Positions 20,989 through 29,924 of a stretch of 64,000 nucleotides of DNA are shown here, piece after piece. The translations under genes were made by a program, and so were the position numbers. The notes beneath the pieces are model-generated. The model saw only the letters and a list, made by a program, of their open reading frames with translations. It did not search any database and had not been told where the DNA came from. Each line of letters starts with the position of its first letter. Positions within the stretch are counted from its first letter, which is position 1. The DNA is taken from NCBI RefSeq assembly GCF_022828475.1, contig NZ_CP059557.1:2463470-2527469 (forward strand). Direction: 5' to 3'. The DNA is from Saccharopolyspora gloriosae (GTDB lineage: Bacteria > Actinomycetota > Actinomycetes > Mycobacteriales > Pseudonocardiaceae).

Positions 20989-22017
20989 TCACCTCATCTT
21001 CGTTGACGACCGCCGCACGGCGAGCAGCCGCCGCGCGAGCGTGGCCAGGTCCAGGCCGTTGATGTCGAGGACGCGGCGGACCGCTGCGTCCGGGAACGCC
21101 TCGGCGCCGTGCACGGCGCCGAGCACGGCCCCCGCCATGGCGGCGACGGTGTCGGTGTCGCCGCCGAGGGACGCCGCGGTGCACAGCGCGTCGAACGGGA
21201 ACTCGGCGCCGCGCTCGACGAGCAGGAGCGCGGCCACGACGGACTCCTGCGACTGCACCGACGTGCCGACCACCTCGTAGAGGAACGACTCGAAGTCCTC
21301 GGTGCCGAGCCCTTTCGCGTACCGGCGGAAGGCGTTGAACCGCGCCGGAACGGAGGCGCCCGCCACCCAGTGCCCGCGTGTCTCGCCCTCCCGGGCCGCT
21401 GCGTCGGCGGCCTCGAGGGCTCCGGCGGTGTCCGCTCCGTCGACGCCCGCCGAGACGGCGGCGGCGATGGCGCAGGCGGCGGAGATCCCCAGTCCGGTGT
21501 TGTGGGTGACGCGACCCGCTTCGACGACCGCGTCGATCAGGCGCTCGCCGCGCGGGTGAGCGACTCCGACGGGGGCGATACGCATCGCGGCGCCGTTCGT
21601 CGTCCCGGAGCGGCCGGTCTCCTCTACGGAGACGCCTGCCTGGAGCTTCGCCAGGGCCGCGTTGGTGGAGGGGCCGAGGAGATCCAGCGAGCCGCGCTCG
21701 AGCATCGCCTGTTCCCAGGCGATCAACTGCTCGGCGAAGGCGTGCGCGTCGATGCTCCCGGAACCGTCGCTGATCAGCCGCGCGACGATCATCGCTTGGT
21801 CGGTGTCATCGGTGACGGAGGCGGCGGCCATGCCGGGCGCGATGGGCTGATCGGCGGCGCCGTCGACGAAGTCGCTGATCCGGCCGTAGCGCTCGCGGAT
21901 CCGTTCCCGCGGCATGGACTGGGTCGGCATGCCGAGGGCGTCGCCGATGGCGAGCCCGACGAGCGCGCCGTACGCGCGCTCGAAAGCGGGATCCGCGGCG
22001 TCTTGAGCGGCGGTCAT
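20989..22017 (-). CDS. ADP-ribosylglycohydrolase family protein
   Basis: 342 aa from ATG at 22015-22017 (overlaps GntR stop, ATGA); motifs GALVGLAIGDALG, TDDT, C-terminal GGDTDT typical of ARH fold. Confidence 0.85.
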   Translation of the reverse strand: MTAAQDAADPAFERAYGALVGLAIGDALGMPTQSMPRERIRERYGRISDFVDGAADQPIAPGMAAASVTDDTDQAMIVARLISDGSGSIDAHAFAEQLIAWEQAMLERGSLDLLGPSTNAALAKLQAGVSVEETGRSGTTNGAAMRIAPVGVAHPRGERLIDAVVEAGRVTHNTGLGISAACAIAAAVSAGVDGADTAGALEAADAAAREGETRGHWVAGASVPARFNAFRRYAKGLGTEDFESFLYEVVGTSVQSQESVVAALLLVERGAEFPFDALCTAASLGGDTDTVAAMAGAVLGAVHGAEAFPDAAVRRVLDINGLDLATLARRLLAVRRSSTKMR

Positions 22018-22740
22018 CGTTCGTCTCCGAAGGTGTGCGCGAGGGTGAAGTACCGCGGGTCGAGCAGCGAGACGACGTGCTCGGCGAACCGGCCGTCGTC
22101 GGTGAACGAGGTGCGGGCGGTGCGCAGGAAGACCGTTCCCGCGTCGTGGCGCAGGATCTCGGCTTCCCGTTCGTCCAGCGGGTGCACGTCCGCGCGCTGG
22201 GTGCCGCGCGTGGAGAGGTACCCGGCCTGCACGAGGGTCTGGGAGATCGAGCCCTGGATCAGACCGGTCTCCGGCAGCTCCGCGAGACGGCCGTCGGCGG
22301 GAACCGTGGAGCACTCGAAGGAGATCGGCTCGACGCTGTCCGCGGAACGCAGCAGCCGGACGCGGCGGATCGCGATGCCCTGCTCCAGCCGGACCTCGTC
22401 GGGAAGCAGCGGAACGTCGGAGCGCTGCACGCGCTCGATGCCGAGGACGGCGACGGTGATCTGGCTGCCGGTGGAGGCGAGGGACTGAGCCCAGCCGCGG
22501 TCCTGGCTCAGCTGGTGTCCGTCGAAGATGACGAACGAACCACGGCCGGTTTCGGTGGAGATGAGCCGCAGGTGCTGGAGTTCGCTGAGGGCCTGTCGCA
22601 CGGTGCCCCGCGAGACGTCGAACTCCTCGGCCAGGCGCAGTTCCCCGTCCAGTTTGTCACCGGGACGGTAGTGACCGTCGCGGATGCGCCGCGCGAGGGT
22701 GTCGACGATCTGCTGCCGCTTCCCCGGCACCTGTCTATAC
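22014..22740 (-). CDS. GntR family (HutC subfamily, UTRA effector domain) transcriptional regulator
   Basis: N-terminal winged HTH (GDKLDGELRLAEEFDVSRGTVRQALSEL) plus UTRA-like C-terminus; start chosen at ATG 22738-22740; first gene of the ARH-permease-kinase operon. Confidence 0.8.
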
Positions 22741-22755
22741 ATGTTGGTACATGTA
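22736..22755. promoter_or_regulatory. palindromic/direct-repeat motif at GntR gene 5' end (candidate autoregulatory operator)
   Basis: TACATGTTGGTACATGTACA: two TACATGT copies 11 nt apart containing perfect palindrome GTACATGTAC; local AT-richer patch in divergent promoter region. Confidence 0.3.
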
Positions 22756-22889
22756 CAGCACGACGGCCCGTGGGGCAAGCGGGACGTTCTCGATCGGCCG
22801 AGGCTCCCGCCCGTCTCGTGCCGGGCCGGGGCGAACTCGTCGCTCCGAATTCCCTGTATGTCAGCCGAATCCATCCGTCTGGGGAGTAG

Positions 22890-24065
22890 ATGGACATCGA
22901 GTTCAGGTTCGAAGCTCGGGAAGGCGACGACAGTTCACACGATGAGCTTCGAACGCTCTACGCCCATCTGGGAGGCGACTTCGAACTTCAACGGCACGCG
23001 CGCATATCCGTTCGGCGCGAGTCGTTGCAGTCGGGAGAGCTGGGCGCTGCGGAGGTCGTACTGGCCGCCGTGTCCGCCGGCCTGGGGGTGGGCCGGCTCG
23101 CGATCGCCATCAGGGCGTGGCGCGACGCGATGAACCACCCGACGGCGCTCGCCCTCACCGGCCGGTCCAGCGGGTACGCGCTCGCGGACAACGATCCCGG
23201 CCGCGTGTTCCCGGTGGAGCTCGGCGATCCCGAAGAGCTGAACGTCGCCGCGGACACCGCCCTGACGTTGCGCGGCACGGATGGCAGACCCTACGGGGGT
23301 CGAATCGACGGCGAGGGCATGGTCGTCGAGCCCGGCACCGACACCGTGCTGGTCGGCTCGGAGAAGGGGCCGTCGATCCGCCGTTTCCGGCTCAGCGACG
23401 GGCACGAGGTGGGAACTCCGCTGCCCATTCCGGAGAAGCTGCGCACCGAGCCGTTCGGTGGAGCGCACCAGGGACGCACCACCGAGTCGCTGGCCGCGAC
23501 GGCCGATGGTCGCTACCTCTACGCGGGCTGGGAGGCGCCGCTCAACGACGACGGCGATCAACGAGGGCGAAACCGCCTGCGAATTCAGCGCTATCACGGT
23601 GAACCGGGCGGAAACTACGTCCCGGACCGCCAATGCGCGTACGAGACCAGCACCGGCATGTACTTGGCGGAGCTCGCCGTGACCGAGCAGGATCGGCTGC
23701 TCGCGCTGGAACGGCAGTACGTCGAAGGACTCGGCAACACGGTGCGAGTCGTCGAGCTGCGCCTCACCGACGACAAGGACGTGACGAACACTCCCGCACT
23801 GGCCGAAGTCTCGGCCGATGTGTTCGTCCGCAGCTCATTGCTGTTCAGCCTCGGCGACTGCCCGGCGGGCGGTCCAGAGGTGGTCGCCGGAAAACAACGG
23901 CAGCCGAATCCGTTGCTGGAGAACGTCGAAGGCATGGCCGTAGGCCCCGAAGAGGCCGACGGCCCGGCGAAGGGCTCGCGCCTGCTCTACCTGATCAGCG
24001 ACGACAACGAGAACAACGCCCAGATAACCCGCCTGTACACCTTCCGCATCCGGCTCACCGAATAG
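22890..24065 (+). CDS. EACC1-like N-terminal domain fused to phytase-like (esterase-like activity of phytase family) beta-propeller-type domain
   Basis: N-terminal ~105 aa (DELRTLYAHLGGDFELQRHARISV...GLGVGRLAIAIRAWRD) resembles, from memory, the 'effector-associated constant component EACC1' family; C-terminal ~285 aa has ENVEGMAVGP and LLYLISDDNENNAQITRLY motifs reminiscent of the phytase-like family. Confidence 0.5.
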   Translation: MDIEFRFEAREGDDSSHDELRTLYAHLGGDFELQRHARISVRRESLQSGELGAAEVVLAAVSAGLGVGRLAIAIRAWRDAMNHPTALALTGRSSGYALADNDPGRVFPVELGDPEELNVAADTALTLRGTDGRPYGGRIDGEGMVVEPGTDTVLVGSEKGPSIRRFRLSDGHEVGTPLPIPEKLRTEPFGGAHQGRTTESLAATADGRYLYAGWEAPLNDDGDQRGRNRLRIQRYHGEPGGNYVPDRQCAYETSTGMYLAELAVTEQDRLLALERQYVEGLGNTVRVVELRLTDDKDVTNTPALAEVSADVFVRSSLLFSLGDCPAGGPEVVAGKQRQPNPLLENVEGMAVGPEEADGPAKGSRLLYLISDDNENNAQITRLYTFRIRLTE

Positions 24066-24485
24066 TTCGCCGTCCACGACGCCCGTTCTCGCTTCGGCTT
24101 CCTGACGCATTCGGGGTGGGAGTCGGAGGCATCCACACGCGTGTGACCAGTCGATCTGACCGGCCGCGTTGAGCTCGGCGAGCAACACCTCGTGGAGCCG
24201 GTCGAAGACCCCGCCGATCCCGCAGTCGCCGCCGGCAGGTCATCCCGGAACCGAACCCCAGCACCTGCGGCCGCCGGTCGTCCAGCGCGCCGACGTCACC
24301 CCGGAGACGATCTACCGGCGCTGGGGCGATCTGCAGTAGCTGTCGGACGTCGCGCGGAGAGGGCGAATGAGGCGAGCACGATCGGGAACGTTGTGGGAGC
24401 CCCGTCCCGGCCACCGATGCGTGGGTCGACCGACATCAACTGTGAACGTCGGCAGGAACTCTGATCGCTGGCAGACTTCCGGGGC

Positions 24486-25550
24486 ATGGACACTCCGAAG
24501 GTCCGACGCTCGCTCGCCCTGCATTCGTCGCTCAGGCGCATGCCGCACGACTTGCTGCGCCAGTGGGCCGATCTGGTCGGACCGGATACGTCGCCTGCCG
24601 AACCGGTGGCCGTTCTGGAGGAGCGGATCGCCGGGCTGATGGGCGCTCCGGCCGCGCTGTTCTTCCCCACCGGCGCGATGGCTCAGCAAGTGGCGCTGCG
24701 GATCCACGCGGACCGCCGAGGCAGGCGGACCTTTGCCGGGCATCCGTACCTGCACCTCGATACCTGGGAATTGCAGGGCTACAACGCGGTCCACGGCTTG
24801 CGCTTCCACCCGGCAGGCGACCGGCACGAGCTGCTGGGCAAGGACGATCTGGCCAGGATCGGTGAACCGCTGGCCGCGGTGGTGTGGGAGTTGCCGCAGC
24901 GGGATCTCGGTGGACTGCTGCCGGGGTGGGAGCAGCTGTGCGAGCAGGTGGACCTGGTGCGCTCGCGCGGGGCAGCGGTGCATCTCGACGGCGGTCGGAT
25001 CTTCGAGGCGCAGCCGTTCTACGACCGGCCGCACGCGGAGATCGCAGGGCTCTTCGACACCGTGTACGTCTCCTTGTACAAGGGGCTCAGCGGTGTTCGC
25101 GGTGCGGTGCTGGCCGGTGATGAGGAGACGGTGGCCGAGGCCGCGGTGTGGCGCAAGCGCCTCGGCGGTGCGATCTCGAACGCCTGGCCCTTGGCGCTAG
25201 GAGCGCTGTCGGGGCTGGACCACCTGGTTCCGCGGATGGCGGAGTTCCGCGCTCACGCCGTCGCGATCGCGGCCGCGCTCAACGCCGATGGAATCGTGCG
25301 CGCGTTGCCCGACCCGCCGCAGACCCCGTTGTTTCACGTTCACGTGTCCGCTGCGAAAGCCGCGGTCGAGCGGGCCGGTGCCCAGCTGATCGCGGAGGAC
25401 GGCACAGAACTGTTCTACAAGGTCCGTTCGGCGCCGGATCCGTCGCGATGCGCGTTCGAGATCTGCGTCGGTGAGAACGCGATGGAGTTCAGGCCCGACG
25501 AGGTCGTGGAACTCGTGCGGGATCTGGTGAGTCGTGCGATGAGCGACTGA
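24486..25550 (+). CDS. threonine aldolase-like / beta-eliminating lyase family PLP enzyme
   Basis: 354 aa; ALFFPTGAMAQQVAL and YVSLYKGLSGVRGAVLAG (PLP-lysine region) match low-specificity threonine aldolase family. Confidence 0.7.
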   Translation: MDTPKVRRSLALHSSLRRMPHDLLRQWADLVGPDTSPAEPVAVLEERIAGLMGAPAALFFPTGAMAQQVALRIHADRRGRRTFAGHPYLHLDTWELQGYNAVHGLRFHPAGDRHELLGKDDLARIGEPLAAVVWELPQRDLGGLLPGWEQLCEQVDLVRSRGAAVHLDGGRIFEAQPFYDRPHAEIAGLFDTVYVSLYKGLSGVRGAVLAGDEETVAEAAVWRKRLGGAISNAWPLALGALSGLDHLVPRMAEFRAHAVAIAAALNADGIVRALPDPPQTPLFHVHVSAAKAAVERAGAQLIAEDGTELFYKVRSAPDPSRCAFEICVGENAMEFRPDEVVELVRDLVSRAMSD

Positions 25551-25789
25551 ACCGTCCCACCGGACCGCACGGGCAGGTTCCAAGGGATCGTCGTCGGACT
25601 GTGCGGCAATGAGTCGAAATCGCAGTGCCTCTGTGGGGAACCGGAAACCTGTGTCCGCCGTGCCGGTGTGTGTCCAGCAGGACGGGACCGAAGCCGCTGT
25701 CGGATCGGCGGGCATTGCAGGGGATCTTGTTCGTGCTGTTCACGGGGATCGGGGGATCTTCCGCAGGAGCTGGGGCTCGGTTCCGGTAT

Positions 25790-25897
25790 GACCTGCTGCC
25801 AGGAAGCCGCTGAAAACCCGCCGGTGGCCGTCCTGCTGGGGCGCTCAGTGCTCAGTGGCTTCACCGCTGACAAGAGGCGGATCAAGACCATTCTGCA
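25790..25897 (+). repeat. dispersed ~100-nt intergenic repeat, copy B
   Basis: CAGGAAGCCGCTGAAAACCCGCCGGTGGCC...GCTCAGTGGCTTCACCGCTGACAAGAGGCGGATCAAGACCATTCT; ~70% identical to copy A over ~100 nt, same orientation. Confidence 0.6.
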
Positions 25898-26083
25898 CTG
25901 ATTCCTTACTCCGAATGGGCGGTAGGTCTTCCGGTGGAGTCGGCCCTGCCGCCAACATGGCCGAGGTGAAGATCGAACCGGTGCTCCGTTGACCGATGTT
26001 GTGGTCGGCCCGGCCGTGGAAGGAGCAGCGTGCCCAACTGCCGCCTGCGCGCGGCCGCGACCGCATCGGGTTGAGGAGTGCGA

Positions 26084-28852
26084 GTGCTGGATCCGCGCGC
26101 TGAAGCGGTATTGATCTTTGATCAGTCGGCTGGTCGGTTTCAGGATCGGACAGCCGACATATCCGCGGTCGAGCCTTTGGCGGACGGGCGGGTCGGCATC
26201 GTGTTCAACGGTGGCAAGCGCTATCCGTACGGATCGGGGCGTGTGCGGGCTCTTCGCGACCCGGAACGCATCGCGCTCAACGGAGAAGTTCGGGTCGAGG
26301 TGCGCGGAGCTGTCTGGGAAAGCGCCGTCGAGATCGCCACGTTCGCTGATTCGGAGGGCGCGTGGGCCAGGGTTTTCTACCGGCGCAAGGGAAACGAGAC
26401 GTACCGGACCTATCCTGATTCGGAAGTACGCGTTCTCACGTCCGCGACCGGATCCGGGGCGGCGGCCGAGGTGTTCCGCTACTGGCGGGACGTCGTGGCC
26501 GGGCTCCCCGGTGACGATCCGCTGGTGCGGCCGTACGGCAGGCTGAGTTTCGTCAACCCGGAGAGCGCGCTGGGGGCGTACCTGGCCGGTGCACCGATCA
26601 CGCCGCGCGAACCGACCGGTGTCGCGATCTTCCCGTTCCGGTGCAACCTGAGTCAGCGCCAGGCGGTCGAGAACGCCCTCACCCGTTCCGTTTCGGTCAT
26701 CCAAGGTCCGCCCGGGACCGGAAAGACCGAAACCATCCTGAACCTGATCGCCAACATCACCGTGCGAGATCGGACCGTCGGCGTCGTGTCGCACAGCAAC
26801 TCCGCCGTCGACAACGTGCGGGAGAAGCTCGTTGAACTGGGCTTCGGGCATGTGTTGGCGAGCCTCGGAAAACAGGAGAAGCGCAAGGAGTTCTTCGCCG
26901 GGCAGGCCGATCGCAACGCACGGGTCGCCGGCTTCGCCGCCGAGACTCCGCCGCCGCCCGAACCCGGGCGGCTGGCCGACGTGGACCGGCGCTTGCGCCG
27001 CCTGCAGTCCACCGAACGCACCTTGGCGCAGCGACGGCACGAGGTGGCGGCGTACGGATTGGAGCGGGAGCACTTCGAACGGCACCTGCACGGGGACGAG
27101 ATGCCCGACCTCTCCGGCCTCCCGCTGCTTCGCCGCTCCTCCGGGCGCATCTTGGACTACCTGGCCGAAAGCGAGCTGGAGCGCAACGGTGCTCGTCCCG
27201 GGCTGATTCGGCGGATCCGGAAGTACTTTCGCTACGGCTCGGTGCGCGGCCTCGACCCCGAGGACACCGACGTGGTCCTCCGGCTGCAACGTGCCTACTA
27301 CACGAAGCGGATCGCCGAGCTGGACAAGGAAATCGCGCAACTCGACGAGGAACTGAGACGAGCGGACTTCGACCGGTTGGCGCAGGAACATCGGCAACTG
27401 TCGGTGCAGGCCCTGCACGCTCACCTCGGCGCTCGGTACGGCGGGCTCGCGCGGAAGGAGTACGACGGGGAGACGTATCGGCGGAGCAAGGAATTCCGGG
27501 ACTTCATCGAGGATTACCCGGTCCTGTTGAGCACCTGCCACTCGTTGAGCTCCAGCATCGAGGACGGTTTCCTGCTCGACCACCTCATCATCGACGAGGC
27601 CTCCCAGGTCGACCCACTAGTGGCCGGATTGGCGCTGGCGTGCTGCCGCAACCTCGTCGTGGTGGGAGATGCCGAGCAGTTGCCGCCGATCCCGGCAGCC
27701 TCCGCAGCCGACCACGAGGCACCGAGCCCCGCGTACGACTGCAGACGGAGCATCCTCGGCTCGCTGGAGACGTTGTACGGCGAGGCGCTCCCGAGCGCGC
27801 TCCTGCGCGAGCACTACCGGTGCGACCCGGCGATCATCGGGTTCTGCAACAAGAAGTTCTACCGCGACGAGCTCATCCCTTACACGACCGGTGGCGACGG
27901 CCGCCCGATGATCGTGGTGCGCACGGTCGAAGGAAACCACATGCGCCGGCATCGGACCGGGGGCCGCTCGAACCGCCGCGAAGTGGAGGTCATCGAGACC
28001 GAAGTGATCCCGGACCACTGCGCCGAGGTCGACGCGGCCGACATCGGCATCACCACGCCCTATCGGCTCCAGGCGGACAAAGCCCGCGACCTGCTCGATC
28101 AGATCGCGTCCGACACCGTGCACAAGTTCCAAGGCAGGCAGAAGAAGGTGGTCGTGATGACCACCGTCCTCGACGAAACGTGGCGCGGTCGCAGCGGTTT
28201 GCCGTTCGCCGACGACCCGCACCTGATCAACGTGGCGGTGTCGCGGGCGATCGAGCGCTTCATCCTGGTGACGAACAACGACATGCTGCCGACCAGCCGG
28301 CACATCCGGGACCTGATCGGTCACATCCGCTACCACGATCTTGACGAGGACGTCGTGGACAGCGCGGTGGTCTCGATCTTCGACCTGCTCTACCAGCAGT
28401 ACTCGTTACGGCTGCGATCACTGGCCGGGCGGCTGAAGAACGAGCGGGCCTACAAGTCCGAGGACATCGCGTGGACCGTGCTCCACGAGGTCCTCGCCGA
28501 GCAGCGCTACGAACACCTGACCGTCGTCGCTCAAGTGCTGGTGAAGAGCCTGTTCCCGGACCTGAGCGTGCTCACGCCGGAGCAGGCGAAATACGCCGGG
28601 AATCGAGCATCGGTCGACTTCGTCATCTACAACCGCGTGACGAACCGGCCGCTGCTGGCGATCGAGGTCGACGGCTTCGCCTACCACGAGAACAAGCCGG
28701 AACAACTGCGGCGGGACGAGCTGAAGAATCAGATCTTCCGCACTCACGACATGCCGCTGTTGCGATTGCCGACCACTGGAAGCGGCGAGCAACGTCGAAT
28801 CCGGCAGGCATTGGACGAAGCCGAAACCCACTGGGCGCAGCAGGCGCAGTGA
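26084..28852 (+). CDS. SF1 (Upf1/DNA2-like, AAA_11/AAA_12) helicase with C-terminal DUF2726 (PD-(D/E)xK-like nuclease fold) domain
   Basis: Walker A GPPGTGKTE, DEASQ Walker B box, QGRQKKVVVMT motif VI region; C-terminal ...ASVDFVIYNRVTNRPLLAIEVDGFAYHENKPEQLRRDELKNQIF matches DUF2726; ~190-aa N-terminal domain unassigned; GTG start after GAGGAG. Confidence 0.8.
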   Translation: MLDPRAEAVLIFDQSAGRFQDRTADISAVEPLADGRVGIVFNGGKRYPYGSGRVRALRDPERIALNGEVRVEVRGAVWESAVEIATFADSEGAWARVFYRRKGNETYRTYPDSEVRVLTSATGSGAAAEVFRYWRDVVAGLPGDDPLVRPYGRLSFVNPESALGAYLAGAPITPREPTGVAIFPFRCNLSQRQAVENALTRSVSVIQGPPGTGKTETILNLIANITVRDRTVGVVSHSNSAVDNVREKLVELGFGHVLASLGKQEKRKEFFAGQADRNARVAGFAAETPPPPEPGRLADVDRRLRRLQSTERTLAQRRHEVAAYGLEREHFERHLHGDEMPDLSGLPLLRRSSGRILDYLAESELERNGARPGLIRRIRKYFRYGSVRGLDPEDTDVVLRLQRAYYTKRIAELDKEIAQLDEELRRADFDRLAQEHRQLSVQALHAHLGARYGGLARKEYDGETYRRSKEFRDFIEDYPVLLSTCHSLSSSIEDGFLLDHLIIDEASQVDPLVAGLALACCRNLVVVGDAEQLPPIPAASAADHEAPSPAYDCRRSILGSLETLYGEALPSALLREHYRCDPAIIGFCNKKFYRDELIPYTTGGDGRPMIVVRTVEGNHMRRHRTGGRSNRREVEVIETEVIPDHCAEVDAADIGITTPYRLQADKARDLLDQIASDTVHKFQGRQKKVVVMTTVLDETWRGRSGLPFADDPHLINVAVSRAIERFILVTNNDMLPTSRHIRDLIGHIRYHDLDEDVVDSAVVSIFDLLYQQYSLRLRSLAGRLKNERAYKSEDIAWTVLHEVLAEQRYEHLTVVAQVLVKSLFPDLSVLTPEQAKYAGNRASVDFVIYNRVTNRPLLAIEVDGFAYHENKPEQLRRDELKNQIFRTHDMPLLRLPTTGSGEQRRIRQALDEAETHWAQQAQ

Positions 28853-28887
28853 CGATGTCGCGAGGTGCGTCCGCGCGGTGCTGGTGC

Positions 28888-29538
28888 TCAGCCGGGGAAT
28901 CGGATCAGTGCCGCTGTGGACAGGTCCCCGCCGTAGTACAGCTCCTGGGACTCGACGAGCCGCGCGCCGGGCATCAGGGCGAGGTAGTCGTCCACCGAGC
29001 GCAGCCGGGACCACTCGCTGACCGGGATCGCCGCCTGCGCGTACTCCACGAGCACGAAGTATCGGCAGGAGCGGGAGATCGACCGGCAGATCTCGGCCAG
29101 TGCCGCCTCGTCGAGCACGTGCATGAGCACCCATACCGACACGGCGACGTCGATCTTCCGGCCTTCCCACGGCAGGTCCTCGGCGCGCGCGAATTCGAAA
29201 TCCACATTGGACAGATGTGCGCATGATGCCCGTGCTTCGTCCAGCATTCCGGGAGTCATGTCCAGTGCGGTGACCCGGCCCGCGTGGGCGGCCAGAGTCG
29301 GGGTCAGGCGGCCGATCCCGCAACCGATCTCCAGCACGGTGGACAGCGGGCGAGCGAGCTCCCGAGCCGCGGTCCGCAGGCCCGCCGACACCGCATCGCG
29401 GGTCCGTTCCGTCGTGGCCGCGTTGTGCTCGGCAGGCTGAGAAGCCCGCATCACGCGGGCCAGGCCGTCCCGGCGCGACCGCTGCCGCCATTCTCCGGCC
29501 ACATCGGTCGTGGAAACGGTGGAAGTGTTGTTGTGCAC
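28888..29538 (-). CDS. class I SAM-dependent methyltransferase (small-molecule type)
   Basis: Motif I VLEIGCGIGRLT, acidic motif II; 216 aa (true start may be internal). Confidence 0.7.
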   Translation of the reverse strand: MHNNTSTVSTTDVAGEWRQRSRRDGLARVMRASQPAEHNAATTERTRDAVSAGLRTAARELARPLSTVLEIGCGIGRLTPTLAAHAGRVTALDMTPGMLDEARASCAHLSNVDFEFARAEDLPWEGRKIDVAVSVWVLMHVLDEAALAEICRSISRSCRYFVLVEYAQAAIPVSEWSRLRSVDDYLALMPGARLVESQELYYGGDLSTAALIRFPG

Positions 29539-29924
29539 GAAGTATCTCCCCAGTGTGGAGGTCCACCGCGAGTTCCGTTGCGGCGATCCCGCGCCCGGCG
29601 GGAAACCGGATTCCGCAACGGTGACTCGCGGATATCGACGGAGCCGGCCGCGATGACGTCCGGTACGCGAGTCGTGACCGAGAACGTGCGCGGAATCTGA
29701 TCACAATCGCGATCATGAACTTATCCGAGCCGAAAGCTGAAAGAACAGCCATCGGCCGTGAATGCCGCCCATCTTCACTCCTCAGAGTGATGGCGTCGGG
29801 TCGGGTGAAGACCTCCTTCCACCGGCTCCGCCCAGGTGGAGGAGGCATTCACCTGAGGCTTGTGAACCTTTTCGTCGGCCGTGTGCGTGATACCTGCGTA
29901 GGCGGTGTGAGGGGAGGGGATCAC

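Noticed and set aside
25799-25901. Conserved small peptide (EEAAENPP...) encoded in the dispersed repeat
   Set aside because: Start-codon frame differs between copies (10-nt spacer difference) and copy A has an in-frame stop; conservation is at DNA level, so treated as a non-coding repeat rather than a CDS.
25415-27583. 722-aa minus-strand ORF
   Set aside because: Antisense to the motif-rich helicase gene and the intergenic repeat; low-complexity translation.
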